Source of the DNA: Acaryochloridaceae cyanobacterium VAR_48_metabat_390
GTDB lineage: Bacteria; Cyanobacteriota; Cyanobacteriia; Thermosynechococcales; Thermosynechococcaceae
DNA length: 64,000 nt
Direction: 5' to 3'
Assembly (NCBI GenBank): GCA_031422435.1
Contig: JANPLU010000014.1
Coordinates: 35,929-99,928, forward strand
Under the pieces are notes generated by a model. That model ran no database searches. It was given only the letters and a program-made list of their open reading frames with translations, and was not told the origin of the DNA. Shown here one piece after another: positions 1 through 10,847 of this stretch. A program made the position numbers and the translations under genes. How positions within the stretch are numbered: position 1 is the stretch's first letter; each line of letters opens with the position of its first letter.

Positions 1-885
1 CAGGTCATTGATATCCCAGCGATCGCCCTTCTTAGACTTGCGCATGAGGTTAAAGGCTTTGTTGAGAATCGACTGCTGCCGCTCACTCATTTCCGGCAGT
101 AGCGCCATCACGTCCCCGTAGTCGAGCGACGAGTAGCGAATGCGAATGTCATTAGGATGCAGAATCTTCACCTGAGGCTCATAGCCATCCTCGCCGCGAA
201 ACGCCGGATTATTGCGCAGTCCTTCTAAGGTGCCGTACTCTCCGTGAGGGTCAAAGATCATCACCGCTGCCCGATTTTGGGGGCGCATGAGTTCTTCAAT
301 CAAAACCCCTGCGGTGTAAGACTTCCCAGAACCCGTCCCAGCCAAAATAGCCATGTGGGTACTCACCAGCTCTTTAACATCCAGAGAAATAGGTACAGCT
401 TTCCCTTCCCTTAGCAGCAAATGCCCCACATGGGCAGAACCCACCGCACCTACAGGCTTTTTGTTCAAAATTCCGGTTAAAGAGACATCATCTGCCAGAA
501 ACACCTTTGCACCTGGCTCTGGCGGACGGCGGGGGTTCATAAATCCAAGGCTGGGGTGGAAGTAGCCAATCACCTCCACTGCCACCTCATAGATTTCAGG
601 GCTGGGGTACTTAAACCCAATCAGCGCGGCGATGGTGCTAGGGTCTACTTCGCTATCGGCAAAGATGCGGTCAGGCAGGTGGTCAACCAGGTGGCAACCC
701 GAAATTTTGCCCAGAATATTGAGGGTGTCTCCTTCAGCATTCTCGACGCGGTAGTAAACAAACTCGCCAATTTTGATGTGGTCAGTCTGGGCTGTAATAA
801 AGACGTACTGGTTGCCGCTTTCCCCTGGCCCTTTGACCGTGCCGATAATGTGCATTGTGTCTTTAGGCAGACGGGTATGCGCCAT
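1..885 (-). CDS. HerA/DUF87-family ATPase, 5' part (runs off the window start)
   Basis: Not in the ORF track. ATG at 885 follows an AGGAG RBS. The frame reads MAHTRLPKDTMHIIGTVKGPGESGNQYVF (HAS-barrel-like N-terminus) and contains the Walker A context THMAILAGTGSGKSY. Confidence 0.85.
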   Translation of the reverse strand, partial: MAHTRLPKDTMHIIGTVKGPGESGNQYVFITAQTDHIKIGEFVYYRVENAEGDTLNILGKISGCHLVDHLPDRIFADSEVDPSTIAALIGFKYPSPEIYEVAVEVIGYFHPSLGFMNPRRPPEPGAKVFLADDVSLTGILNKKPVGAVGSAHVGHLLLREGKAVPISLDVKELVSTHMAILAGTGSGKSYTAGVLIEELMRPQNRAAVMIFDPHGEYGTLEGLRNNPAFRGEDGYEPQVKILHPNDIRIRYSSLDYGDVMALLPEMSERQQSILNKAFNLMRKSKKGDRWDINDL

Positions 886-951
886 GAATTCTCCTGTTGG
901 GGTGCGATGATGCGTTGGAGTTTAGCACTCAGTTTTGATCTGCAAAATGCC

Positions 952-1794
952 TTAGGCTTTGCCGTCTTGCTCAAGGCAGTGTTTTAGAAATGTCTCATAG
1001 CACTTGGCATACTCTGGGTTACGCTGTTTCGCCTTGCCAATCGCGGCGATCGCCGCTGGTAATTCACCCATCCGAAAGTGAACATAGCCCAAGCCATAGT
1101 AGCTCTTAGCATGCTGATCGTTAAGGGCAATGGCACGCTGGAACGCGGCGATCGCGCGTACATAGTCCTGCTGATGAATCAGCGATAGCCCCATACCGTA
1201 ATAAGCAAAGACATCTCTCGGGTCAAGGCGCGCCGCCTTCTGAAACGCCGCAACGGCACTTATAAAGTCTTGGCTCCGGTAAAATACGGCACCTAGGTTA
1301 CAGAAGAGCGTTGACTGAGTAGGGCGCATCTCAATTGCCTGTCTTAGCAATGCTGCCGCCTCTGAATACTGAGCAAGATAATACTGCGCGACACTCAACC
1401 CATTCAGCGCCTCAATAGATTTTTTTTCTCTTTGCAGTACGCGCTTAAAATTATCTGCCGCCCCTTCAAAGTTTTTCTGCTTCAGCTTAATAAGACCGCG
1501 CTGAAGCCAAACTTGAGTCCAAGATTGATCAGAGTCGGACTGGACATAGGTGGTCGTTGAGGACAGCGGCATTTTTAGGGTGGACGCAGGCTGAATAGCT
1601 GTGAAGTCCTCAAGATCTTCTGTCATTGGGTGAACCAGATCATCGCCCTCAGACGGTCGCTTATTGTCGAGGTGGTTTGCTAAAGCTAAGCCTTCTTTGA
1701 ATAAGTGGGCTGTATTAACCAAAGCATCAGGGTTTTGGCTTTGCATGACTAGGTATTGTGAGGAGGGTTTAACGTCTTGTGCTAGATTTTCCAT
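952..1794 (-). CDS. Tetratricopeptide repeat protein
   Basis: About five TPR units in the C-terminal half (e.g. AYYGMGLSLIHQQDYVRAIAAFQRAIALND). Confidence 0.85.
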   Translation of the reverse strand: MENLAQDVKPSSQYLVMQSQNPDALVNTAHLFKEGLALANHLDNKRPSEGDDLVHPMTEDLEDFTAIQPASTLKMPLSSTTTYVQSDSDQSWTQVWLQRGLIKLKQKNFEGAADNFKRVLQREKKSIEALNGLSVAQYYLAQYSEAAALLRQAIEMRPTQSTLFCNLGAVFYRSQDFISAVAAFQKAARLDPRDVFAYYGMGLSLIHQQDYVRAIAAFQRAIALNDQHAKSYYGLGYVHFRMGELPAAIAAIGKAKQRNPEYAKCYETFLKHCLEQDGKA

Positions 1795-1812
1795 CTTATT
1801 GCTGCTGCTGCT

Positions 1813-2499
1813 CTACCCTGTGTGTGCCTTTAATTCATTTAAGCGATGCTGCGCCCGATGGATTTGTTGATCCAACGCATGAGCCATCTCCGCTAAGAGA
1901 TCTCTCCCCATGTGCTGCCCTCTCTTTGCTTTTATTTGTAGCTGAAAAAGATCCGTTTTTTCTAGTTTCTGAATTTTTTTCTCGATACTGGCTAGCCGCT
2001 GCTCACTCTGCACAATCTGACGGATGGTGCGAATAAGTTCGGCATTGAGATCTTCGCCTTGCACAGACTCAGGATCATTAGACCAGTCCAGAAACAGCGT
2101 CTTCAGTCGTTCAAGATCGCCACATTCATAAGCTCGATTCGCCTCTGCCATCAGCAGTTCTCGCTTTGCACGAGCTTCTGGTTCAGTGGCGAGGTCAGGG
2201 TGAATGGCCTTAGCAAGCTGACGATAGACTTGCTTTAGCTCACTAGAAGGCTGAAAGGTCTGAGCTGAGGCAAAACAGGCCATATATTCTTCAATCTGGG
2301 CTTCAATGCGCTGAAGCTCCTGCTGCCGCATACCAATCACCTGTAGATAAAGCCGTTCAAAGGCATGAAGTTCAGCTTGAAACGTCGCTAACTCCAGCTC
2401 ACGCTCTGCTAAACGGGTTTCAAGATCCGCAAGTTCAGTGCGCCTATTCTGGAGTTCCTTTTCTTCTGGACTGGGTTCTCGAATTAAGCCGCCTGTCAT
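1813..2499 (-). CDS. Coiled-coil protein with a central J-domain
   Basis: LKQVYRQLAKAIHPDL...MAEANRAY J-domain signature with HPD, flanked by coiled coils. Confidence 0.8.
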   Translation of the reverse strand: MTGGLIREPSPEEKELQNRRTELADLETRLAERELELATFQAELHAFERLYLQVIGMRQQELQRIEAQIEEYMACFASAQTFQPSSELKQVYRQLAKAIHPDLATEPEARAKRELLMAEANRAYECGDLERLKTLFLDWSNDPESVQGEDLNAELIRTIRQIVQSEQRLASIEKKIQKLEKTDLFQLQIKAKRGQHMGRDLLAEMAHALDQQIHRAQHRLNELKAHTG

Positions 2500-2508
2500 T
2501 ATGCAATC

Positions 2509-3453
2509 TTAAAGGGTTGAGATATTAGGCTGAGTGGGTTTCATTAGATCTTTGACCAGCTTATCAAGCGCCGTCTGCATTAAGCTACGAACCTTTTCAT
2601 AACAGTCATTCACATAGTCTTCATCTTTTGCTGCGTCGGGTCCATAGCGCTCAAACACGATAGGAGGGCAAACCCGCGTATGAATGGCAGCGGGAAATGG
2701 AATATGGGGCAATGGACCAACAGCAATTCCCCAAGGCATTCCTAAATAGATAGGACAGACTTCTGGGTCAATGCCAAGGAGCCAAGGAAGGCCAAACTGT
2801 TGCCGAACGGCCTGCACCTGAGGGTAAATATCTGTGAGCACGATTAGGGTTTCGTGGGCACCGCAAGAGATAGCGGGCACGATGGGCACTTCTTCTCGAA
2901 GGGCCAGCTTAATAAACCCTTGGCGACCGTTAAAGTGAATATCATGACGCAGCGGATACGGGCGAAAGACATCCTGAATGCCGCCGGGATAGACCAAAAC
3001 GCTGGCTCCAGACCGCAGTGCGGCGATCGCCATCCTTGGATGCGCCTGGAGCGCGCCGCACTGCACCGCCATCCGCGCCAGTATAGGCATCACCTGCCAA
3101 ACCTTAGGATGCATTAGGCCATACATAGGCCGCTCTGTCCCAAACCGCCAAAACCAGTCCGTCATCATCATGAACATATCAGGAGCCGCCATACCGCCAT
3201 TGTGAGAACCGACATAGAGCGCCTTTTCAGTTCTAGAGACGTGTTCCCAGCCATCTGTCGTGACGCGAAAGTAATAGTGGTATAGCCATTCCCACCAGGG
3301 CATAAACTGCTCAATCACGCAAAGGTCACGGTCTGCTAAAGACCAGCCGTTCAAGGTATCTGCTGGGGCTTGCTCAGCCTTGACGTACAGCTCAGAAACC
3401 TTACTCAAGGCTGGAAGAATGGAGAGAAAATGAGGCCGCATGGGTTCAATCAA
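2509..3453 (-). CDS. Lysophospholipid/glycerol acyltransferase family protein
   Basis: Motifs ALYVGSHNGG, VLVYPGG and GFIKLALREEVPIVP. The exact start is uncertain. Confidence 0.85.
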   Translation of the reverse strand: MIEPMRPHFLSILPALSKVSELYVKAEQAPADTLNGWSLADRDLCVIEQFMPWWEWLYHYYFRVTTDGWEHVSRTEKALYVGSHNGGMAAPDMFMMMTDWFWRFGTERPMYGLMHPKVWQVMPILARMAVQCGALQAHPRMAIAALRSGASVLVYPGGIQDVFRPYPLRHDIHFNGRQGFIKLALREEVPIVPAISCGAHETLIVLTDIYPQVQAVRQQFGLPWLLGIDPEVCPIYLGMPWGIAVGPLPHIPFPAAIHTRVCPPIVFERYGPDAAKDEDYVNDCYEKVRSLMQTALDKLVKDLMKPTQPNISTL

Positions 3454-3519
3454 CGAGGGATAAGGCGCCGCGCAGGACTAAAGAGTCTCGCAATATTACC
3501 ATGTCAGGCTCTCTCTGCC

Positions 3520-4806
3520 TTAGCCCAAAAGACATGATAAGACCCAACGAACAGCCAAAACAATGAAGGGTACCGCCACCATTGCCCGTGCTTCATTGAT
3601 GTGGCTGATCTGGGTACAGCCGATGTACAGAATTAGAATGCTGTAGCAGCCTGCAATGACCCAAAGAGCCGAGAAAATGCCGCTTTCTAGGGGTGTCGTA
3701 AAGCTGCTCAAAAGCATGGGTATGGCAATCGGCAAGCTTGCGACACCAGACAAAAAAAGGTCGCCAGAATAGGAGCCACGCCCTCCAGCCGCTACCCCTC
3801 GAGCCAGGGTGAGTGCGATCGCCCCACTCAGATAAGCCGTCACTCCGGTCAGTGTGCTGGGGAGCAATAAAAATGAACCCGTCTTTGTCATCCAGGTGCT
3901 AAATATCCAGCATCCCACTGCGACAAAGCCGTAGAGTAGACCCGCCCAACCTGCCTGACTCGGCGTCAAACGGGCAAAGGCTGGCAGCAGGTTTCCGCCA
4001 GGGTTTATTACTACGCTCGGGAGATTGCTGAAGGCTAATTTTAAAAACTGCACTACCGCTGTTTGAGGGAAGCGTATCGCAGTTGCAGGCTGTCGAAATC
4101 CCTTCAGCAGCTGCTCTATCTGCTGAACTTGAGTCCAATTTTGCTGGGCGCGGAATAGCTCAATGGCTTTTTGCAGGTCTTGGTAGGCCAGTACCGTCTC
4201 CTTTAGCTCAAGCCTTGCTTGGGCGCGACGATAGTAGGCTTGAGCAAACGTTGCGTCTAGGGCGATCGCCTTGGTGTATGCCTCAACAGCCCCCTGGGGA
4301 TAGCCTAGCCGCAATCGGGCTTGCCCTTGATAAATATAAGCCTGGGCTGCCTTCGGATCTCTTTGAAGAATTTGATAGCAGTCTTCTAGTACGGCTTTAT
4401 CATCCTTCAGGACATCATGGGCTTTAGCGCGGCCTAGGTAAGCTTCTGTTCCCCCTGGGAAAATGGCGATCGCCTGGGTAAAGTCTACAATTGCGCCTTT
4501 ATAGTCTTGCTGAGACAGCTTATGAAGAGCCTGTCGATATCGCGCTGGATAGAACGAAGGCTCGACGGGTGGTCGATCTGAAGATGATTCGTTTAAGCGC
4601 GTGTCGTACTGCGATCGCCGCTCCGCATCGCCCAAAACTTCATAGGCTTCAGAAATTTGCTTAAACCGCGCTGCTGCCTCAGCATCATTGGGATGCAGGT
4701 CTGGATGAACCTGTCGCGCTAATCTGCGAAACGCTTTCTTGATTTCGGCAGAAGAGGACTGGTTTGAGACACCCAAGATTTGATAGTAGCTGAGAGATTT
4801 GGGCAT
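3520..4806 (-). CDS. DnaJ-domain + TPR + C-terminal membrane domain protein
   Basis: YYQILGVS...IKKAFRRLARQVHPD J-domain, then TPRs and a hydrophobic C-terminus. Start moved to MPKSLS. Confidence 0.85.
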   Translation of the reverse strand: MPKSLSYYQILGVSNQSSSAEIKKAFRRLARQVHPDLHPNDAEAAARFKQISEAYEVLGDAERRSQYDTRLNESSSDRPPVEPSFYPARYRQALHKLSQQDYKGAIVDFTQAIAIFPGGTEAYLGRAKAHDVLKDDKAVLEDCYQILQRDPKAAQAYIYQGQARLRLGYPQGAVEAYTKAIALDATFAQAYYRRAQARLELKETVLAYQDLQKAIELFRAQQNWTQVQQIEQLLKGFRQPATAIRFPQTAVVQFLKLAFSNLPSVVINPGGNLLPAFARLTPSQAGWAGLLYGFVAVGCWIFSTWMTKTGSFLLLPSTLTGVTAYLSGAIALTLARGVAAGGRGSYSGDLFLSGVASLPIAIPMLLSSFTTPLESGIFSALWVIAGCYSILILYIGCTQISHINEARAMVAVPFIVLAVRWVLSCLLG

Positions 4807-4817
4807 AAACTCAGACC

Positions 4818-5312
4818 TCAGGCGGGAGCATTCCACGCCCCAGACTTGCCACCGGACTTGTGCAGCAGGTGAATAGACTCAATGGTAATGCCTTTATCTA
4901 ATGCTTTCGCCATATCGTACAGCGTGAGGGCTGCAATAGAGACTGCTGTAAGGGCTTCCATTTCTACACCTGTCTCAGCCTTCGTTCGCACCCGTGCCTG
5001 AATGACATACCCTGGCAGGCTAGGTTCTGGCGTGATAAAAACTTTTACGCTCGTTAACGGCAGCGGGTGGCACAGCGGAATTAACGCTGAAGTTTGCTTG
5101 GCAGCCATAATTCCAGCAAGACGGGCGGTACCCAGCACGTCCCCTTTAGGCGCATTCCCCTGCTCAATCGCCTGGAATGTCTCTAGACCCATACGGACTT
5201 TGCCCTGGGCGATCGCCTCCCTCAAGGTTAACGCCTTGTCTGAAACATCTACCATATTGGCCTGACCTGAGGCATCCAGGTGAGACAGTGCCGAAGGGAT
5301 ATTTTTTTTCAT
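4818..5312 (-). CDS. moaC: Cyclic pyranopterin monophosphate synthase MoaC
   Basis: Motifs [24 protein letters not shown] and KSGGKSG. Confidence 0.97.
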   Translation of the reverse strand: MKKNIPSALSHLDASGQANMVDVSDKALTLREAIAQGKVRMGLETFQAIEQGNAPKGDVLGTARLAGIMAAKQTSALIPLCHPLPLTSVKVFITPEPSLPGYVIQARVRTKAETGVEMEALTAVSIAALTLYDMAKALDKGITIESIHLLHKSGGKSGAWNAPA

Positions 5313-5458
5313 AGTTTACGAGGAGGAGAAGTCCGATCGCTCCCTATCGCCCATCATAACGGCGGTTGAGGTATTTATTGATGAAGGAGTTAGCGCTTTA
5401 AGTTTAGAGACTCATCCATGAACCCGTATTATGAGGTGAGAAATCACAAAGCTTTGGT

Positions 5459-6565
5459 ATGTCTGATTTGCAAACTCCCATCGGCGTTGCGTTAGTGGGC
5501 ACTGGATTTGGCCAAAAGGTTCATCTCCCTGCCCTAAAGGACTGTCCTCACACTCAGGTGGCGGCGGTCTATCATCGAGATTACGCCAAGGCCGAGGCGA
5601 TCGCCCAAGCCCACCATATCCCCCACGCTGCCGATAATTTAGAAACGTTGTTAGCCTTACCAGAAGTTCAGGGCGTTTGCATTTCTACTCCGCCCTTTTT
5701 ACATGCAGAGATGGCGCAGCAAGCGCTAAGGGCAGGCAAACACGTCTTTTTAGAAAAGCCTACGGCAATGACCGTCGCCGAAGCCAAAGCACTTTACCAA
5801 CAGTCCCTACAGCAGGGTTTACAAATCACTCTCAACTTTGAGTTTCGCTTTATCCCCGCCTGGATGGCCTTAAAGGCTCAACTCGAAAACTTCTATGTCG
5901 GCAAACCGCGCCTGATCAAAATTGATTGGGTCGTGCCCGGTCGTGCGGATCCGTCTCGTCCTTGGAGTTGGCACGCCAGCGCTGAAGCAGGGGGAGGTTC
6001 TCTAGGTGCCTTGGGTTCCCATACCTTTGACTACATCTCCTGGCTATTTGGCCCCGTTAAGCAGCTCTGCGGACGGCTGATTACCTCCATTGGCTATCGA
6101 CCTGACCCCATCAGCGGTATGCCTAAGGTAGCAGATGCGGATGATACCTGCCTCATCCTACTAGAGCTGACAGACGGCACTCCTGTGCAGGTTAGCATTA
6201 GCGCCACAGCCTATAATGGGCGCGGTCACTGGGTAGAGGTTTACGGCGATCGCGGTACCCTTATTCTCGGCAGCGATCATCCCACGGACTACGTGCATGG
6301 ATTCACCCTGCGAGGCGCTCCAGCTGGTGAACCGTTTGCAGCACTGCCCATCCCCCCACAGTACGAGTTTGCCAAAACCCATCCTGATGGACGCATCGCT
6401 CCTGTCACCCGTGCCATAAATCACTGGGTTGAATGTATTCAAACCAAACAGTCCTGCGCTCCTTCTATCCGTGAAGGGGTGTACTCGCAACTATTGATGG
6501 ACTTAACCCACGAGTCTCACGCAACGGGCTGCTGGGTTGATGTCCCTGACCTCACGGTGACCTGA
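5459..6565 (+). CDS. Gfo/Idh/MocA family oxidoreductase
   Basis: Motifs GTGFG, GKHVFLEKP and GGGSLGALGSH. Confidence 0.92.
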   Translation: MSDLQTPIGVALVGTGFGQKVHLPALKDCPHTQVAAVYHRDYAKAEAIAQAHHIPHAADNLETLLALPEVQGVCISTPPFLHAEMAQQALRAGKHVFLEKPTAMTVAEAKALYQQSLQQGLQITLNFEFRFIPAWMALKAQLENFYVGKPRLIKIDWVVPGRADPSRPWSWHASAEAGGGSLGALGSHTFDYISWLFGPVKQLCGRLITSIGYRPDPISGMPKVADADDTCLILLELTDGTPVQVSISATAYNGRGHWVEVYGDRGTLILGSDHPTDYVHGFTLRGAPAGEPFAALPIPPQYEFAKTHPDGRIAPVTRAINHWVECIQTKQSCAPSIREGVYSQLLMDLTHESHATGCWVDVPDLTVT

Positions 6566-6648
6566 TTAAAAAGCGAATTATCGAAACCAGCCCGCAATAA
6601 ATTCGCCCCCACGAAATTCTCTCCACCGCTGAAGTTTTATATTCACCA

Positions 6649-8010
6649 TTAAGCTGCTAACTGCTCAGCACTCATCCAGGCGGAGAGACTGGCTAACGCG
6701 CGATCGCGGTAAGCCCCATAGCGCTCTGGCTTATTGCGGATCCGCTGTTCAAACTCGGGCATGATGCCAAAATTGGGCGGCATGGGCTGAAAGTGCTTGG
6801 GCGAAGCCGTACTAATAAAATCAAACAGCGCACCCCCCATCGTGACAGGCGGCAGCGTAATGGGCACAAGCCCACGGGCAATTCGTGCGGCATTGGTTCC
6901 TGCTAGCCAGCCGCCAGCCACCGCCGCCGTATAGCCTTCCGTGCCAATGATTTGACCCGCCGCGAGCAGCGTGGGTCGATGCTTAAACTGAAGCGTGGTT
7001 TCTAAAAGCTGGGGGGCATTGAGAAACGTATTGCGATGCATCACGCCCATTCGCACAAATTCCGTCTGCTCTAAACCTGGAATCATTTGAAAGACAAGCT
7101 TTTGCTCGCCCCAGCGCAGATTAGTCTGGAAGCCTACCATATTCCAAAGCTGTCCTGCGCGATCTTCTTGGCGGAGCTGCACCACCGCGTAGGGACGCTT
7201 TTCGCGGTTGGCAGGGTCTTTGAAATCTCCATGCCGTGCATCAAAAATGCCCACAGGCTTAAGGGGACCATAGCGAAGGGTGTCTTCCCCGCGACGCGCC
7301 ATTTCTTCAATGGGGAGGCACCCCTCAAAAAACTTAGCGGTTTCTAACTCAAAGTCTTTGAGTTCAGCTTGTTCGGCTTGGCAGAGGGCAGTCCAAAAGT
7401 CTAGGTACTGCGCTTTATCCATCGGGCAATTGAGGTAAGCGGCTTCGCCTCGGTCATAGCGAGAGGCCAAAAATGCCACGTCTCGATTTATGGAGTCTCC
7501 CACCACAATGGGGCTGGCAGCATCGAAAAAGCTGAGATACGCCGTGCCTGTAAATCGGTTTAGGTCTTCTGATAGCGCAGGGCTAGTGAGGGGTCCTGTG
7601 GCTAACACCACAACCCCATCGGTTGGAATGCTGGCAACCTCATCTCGGCGCAGCTCAATCAGCGGATGCTGGGCTAAGGTTTGCGTCAGATTTTCGCTAA
7701 AGATCGCGCGATCAACTGCCAGTGCGCCCCCCGCAGAAACCGCGTGTTCATCTGCCTTTGCAATCACCACCGAACCCAACTGCCGCAGTTCGTGATGGAG
7801 CAGACCAGAGGCGCGATCGCTCGACATGGCTCCAAAAGAATTACTGCACACCAGCTCCGCCAAATGCTCGGTATGGTGAGCGGGGCTGGTGCGAGTAGGC
7901 CGCATCTCGTGCAGCACCACGTGCAAACCTGCCTGGGCAATCTGCCAAGCGGCTTCGGTTCCTGCCAGTCCCCCCCCAATCACCTGAATGGGCTGCTGTG
8001 TATCTACCAT
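6649..8010 (-). CDS. trmFO: tRNA (uracil-54) methyltransferase TrmFO
   Basis: Motifs [26 protein letters not shown] and FQPMPPNFG. Confidence 0.97.
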   Translation of the reverse strand: MVDTQQPIQVIGGGLAGTEAAWQIAQAGLHVVLHEMRPTRTSPAHHTEHLAELVCSNSFGAMSSDRASGLLHHELRQLGSVVIAKADEHAVSAGGALAVDRAIFSENLTQTLAQHPLIELRRDEVASIPTDGVVVLATGPLTSPALSEDLNRFTGTAYLSFFDAASPIVVGDSINRDVAFLASRYDRGEAAYLNCPMDKAQYLDFWTALCQAEQAELKDFELETAKFFEGCLPIEEMARRGEDTLRYGPLKPVGIFDARHGDFKDPANREKRPYAVVQLRQEDRAGQLWNMVGFQTNLRWGEQKLVFQMIPGLEQTEFVRMGVMHRNTFLNAPQLLETTLQFKHRPTLLAAGQIIGTEGYTAAVAGGWLAGTNAARIARGLVPITLPPVTMGGALFDFISTASPKHFQPMPPNFGIMPEFEQRIRNKPERYGAYRDRALASLSAWMSAEQLAA

Positions 8011-8081
8011 GCCTCAAAAATCAACCTTAAGTCCTGACGTACCTTTCTAGAATACAAGAGGTGGAGGGATTGAGGCTGTCG

Positions 8082-9689
8082 CTACTGCCCCAGCCCCAAC
8101 GGTCGGGCTGCTGCTGCCTCAATTAAATTGGGCTTACACACGCGCCGAGCATTGGCAAGCTGTGGTTCTTGCCACGAGAAGTCGAAATGGCTGATGGCAC
8201 TCACTTGGGGCACAGCCTGATGAATGGCATTCATCTGCATTTCTAAAGAAGGGCGATTGTAGGCTGGAAACGACCAAGCCCCCGCAATCACGGGGTTTAC
8301 TCTGGTGCCAGCGGGTGCCTGACTCACCACCCGCTGCACCTGATCCACAATGCAGCTTGTGCCCCCACAGAGTCCATAGGACATGGAGTGCCATTCAATG
8401 GCGGGCGAAAACTGATCCCAAGGCTGCATACGGGAGTCAAAACCTTGCCCAATGCGCCGATTCCCATCGGGAAAAAAGACTGCTCCTGCGACGGCTCCTT
8501 GGCGATTGGACTGCGATACGGCAGCATTGAGAAAATCTGAAATACCCTGATAGGCATGAGCCACACTGAGAAGCCACAAATCTTGCTGAAGGCGCGGTAA
8601 GCGAATCGCAGCAGGCGGCAAAGGTTTCCCTGGTGGAATCGTAGGGACATTACGTCCTTGCCAGAGTGGCTCTTTCTCGGTGGGGTAGCTACGATCTAGC
8701 GCCGCTAAATCACCCACAGAGACGTTTCCCTGGGATAAGTATTTTTGGATGATAACTTGACCCTTTGTATTGGTTGCCCTGGAGATTAGGGTTTGCTGGG
8801 CAGCACCGCTAAAAATCCACAGGTCTGACAACTTATTGGCAACGGAGGCTGCCCCTGTCTGGCGAGGATAGCGAATGTAGTCAAATAGTGCACCGTCAGG
8901 CCGCCGTTGAAGAATAGACTGGAGCATATAGTCAAAGTCTTGACGTGCTTGCTGATTGTAGGGATCAACAAAAACTTTATCAATATCGCCTTTGCTAATG
9001 TCAATTTCGGTATTGGTGGTGTCTACCACATTGAGACTTGTCTTGCCCAAGCCATTACGCGCTAGGGCACTCGCTCGATCTGCGCGATTGCCATAGGAAT
9101 AGCCATAGTTAAGGCTAAATAGCCAAGCGTATGCCTTTAGCCCCCGCGTGCGCGCCTTTTGAATGGCTTCTGCTAGCAGATCGCGACGGGCAAGCTCAGG
9201 GCTACGAACCACAGAAGGCCAGACGGTTCGATTCTCTGCGGCTGGTAGCAGTACCTGTCCGTTGTAGAAAACCTCTAAATAAACTTGGTTGTAGCCTCGG
9301 CTGACCATGCGGTCTAAGACGCTTTCAAGCACTCCGGGCTGAAGATCGCATTCGTAAAGGCGTAGCCAAACGGCCTGGGTTTTGAGCCAGCTTTGGGCAC
9401 GACACTGCTGCAATGCCTGAGCATCAGATGCAACTAGATTTTGATACTGCTGTTGGGCGCTGCGATCGCCCATCACGGCCTGCTGCCGCAGCGCATTTTT
9501 TTGCGCCACAGATTGGGGAGATGATTGGCAAAACGGTAATGTCTGCTGTGCCTGAGCGCGTAATGGTGAACCGATCACGCCCGCTGCTTCTGCCACCCAA
9601 GCTGACAGTAACGAGACTATCAACAGCGCCGATCTTTTCTGTTTAGGGCGAATTTGCGGCAGCAAGGCAATTTTTTTCATGAAAACCAT
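8082..9689 (-). CDS. Exported glycoside hydrolase-like family 10 (DUF187) protein
   Basis: Signal-like N-terminus, GYNQVYLEVFYNG, DLLAEAIQKARTRGLKAYAW and FDYIRYP. Confidence 0.8.
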   Translation of the reverse strand: MVFMKKIALLPQIRPKQKRSALLIVSLLSAWVAEAAGVIGSPLRAQAQQTLPFCQSSPQSVAQKNALRQQAVMGDRSAQQQYQNLVASDAQALQQCRAQSWLKTQAVWLRLYECDLQPGVLESVLDRMVSRGYNQVYLEVFYNGQVLLPAAENRTVWPSVVRSPELARRDLLAEAIQKARTRGLKAYAWLFSLNYGYSYGNRADRASALARNGLGKTSLNVVDTTNTEIDISKGDIDKVFVDPYNQQARQDFDYMLQSILQRRPDGALFDYIRYPRQTGAASVANKLSDLWIFSGAAQQTLISRATNTKGQVIIQKYLSQGNVSVGDLAALDRSYPTEKEPLWQGRNVPTIPPGKPLPPAAIRLPRLQQDLWLLSVAHAYQGISDFLNAAVSQSNRQGAVAGAVFFPDGNRRIGQGFDSRMQPWDQFSPAIEWHSMSYGLCGGTSCIVDQVQRVVSQAPAGTRVNPVIAGAWSFPAYNRPSLEMQMNAIHQAVPQVSAISHFDFSWQEPQLANARRVCKPNLIEAAAARPLGLGQ

Positions 9690-9800
9690 TAAAATCTGAC
9701 ATCAAACACAGCTTCATTGTCTGACTATCAGTGTAGTGTCTAGGTTTCCGAAAAGTTTAGGATTGTCTATTGCTGGAGCCGATACACCCTATAGACACCG

Positions 9801-10763
9801 TTATGGGATCGGGATTGTTTGCAGAAGACGCTCAATAATGCGATGGGTAGGCTGACCGCCAGAGGGAATCATGCGATGGCTTAGCACATGGGTTGCTAAG
9901 CGCTTTACATCGTCAGGCAAAACGTAATCTCGATGCTCTAGAAACGCAAGGGCTTGGGCTGCGCGCTGGAGCGTTACTGTACCGCGTGGGCTAACGCCAA
10001 GGCGAATGTCTGGGTCTTCGCGGGTCGCCCGTACAAGGTTAAGCATGTACTGCTGGAGCGATCGCTCTACCCGAACCTCAAGGCATTTCTCTTGAATCTG
10101 CCGCACCTGCTCAAGGGAAATACAGGGTTTAAGAGACTCTAGCCGAAGTCCCGTCTGAGAGCGCTGAAGCATCTCAAGTTCTTCATTGGCAGTGGGATAC
10201 CCCAAACTGAGGGCAAGGGCAAATCGATCTAGCTGCGCTTCGGGTAGGGGAAAGGTACCGTGGGACTCAATGGGGTTTTGAGTTGCAATTACAAAAAAGG
10301 GTTCGCCAACGCGATGGGAAACGCCATCAACTGTCACCTGCGCTTCTTCCATCACTTCTAGCAGCGCCGACTGGGTGCGTGGCGTGGCGCGGTTAATTTC
10401 GTCCGCGAGCAGCACATTAGCAAATATAGGGCCTGCTAAGAACTCAAATTTACCCTCATGGGCATTCCAGATATTAGTGCCTGTCAAGTCACTGGGCAGT
10501 AGATCGGGGGTACATTGAATACGCTGAAATTTACCCTCAATCGAACGAGCCAAGGCTTTCGCCAGCAGCGTTTTGCCAACCCCTGGCACATCCTCTAGCA
10601 AAACGTGGCTGCCGGAGAACAGCGCCACTAGAACAAGCTGGATTGCATCCTGTTTGCCCACCACTACGGTGCCAAGATTTGTGATGAGCTGTTCGACAGG
10701 GGTTTTTAGGCGTTGCGTTTCAATGGGTTGCGTTTTATTGGGTTGCGCGATCGCAGGAACCAT
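9801..10763 (-). CDS. MoxR family AAA+ ATPase
   Basis: Motifs LLEDVPGVGKT, RIQCTPDLLPSD, DEINRA and ATQNP. Confidence 0.95.
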   Translation of the reverse strand: MVPAIAQPNKTQPIETQRLKTPVEQLITNLGTVVVGKQDAIQLVLVALFSGSHVLLEDVPGVGKTLLAKALARSIEGKFQRIQCTPDLLPSDLTGTNIWNAHEGKFEFLAGPIFANVLLADEINRATPRTQSALLEVMEEAQVTVDGVSHRVGEPFFVIATQNPIESHGTFPLPEAQLDRFALALSLGYPTANEELEMLQRSQTGLRLESLKPCISLEQVRQIQEKCLEVRVERSLQQYMLNLVRATREDPDIRLGVSPRGTVTLQRAAQALAFLEHRDYVLPDDVKRLATHVLSHRMIPSGGQPTHRIIERLLQTIPIP

Positions 10764-10847
10764 ACATCACACCTACTACGGATCAAAGGGTTTACAAAAG
10801 GGTTAGATCTAGCGTCCTGTGACTGGACACTAACTGTTGCTGGCGCG

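Noticed and set aside
353..987. ORF-track entries 353-565 (+), 556-987 (+) and 645-974 (-)
   Set aside because: They are shadow or alternative frames of the HerA-type gene (885 to <1), which carries the recognisable motifs.
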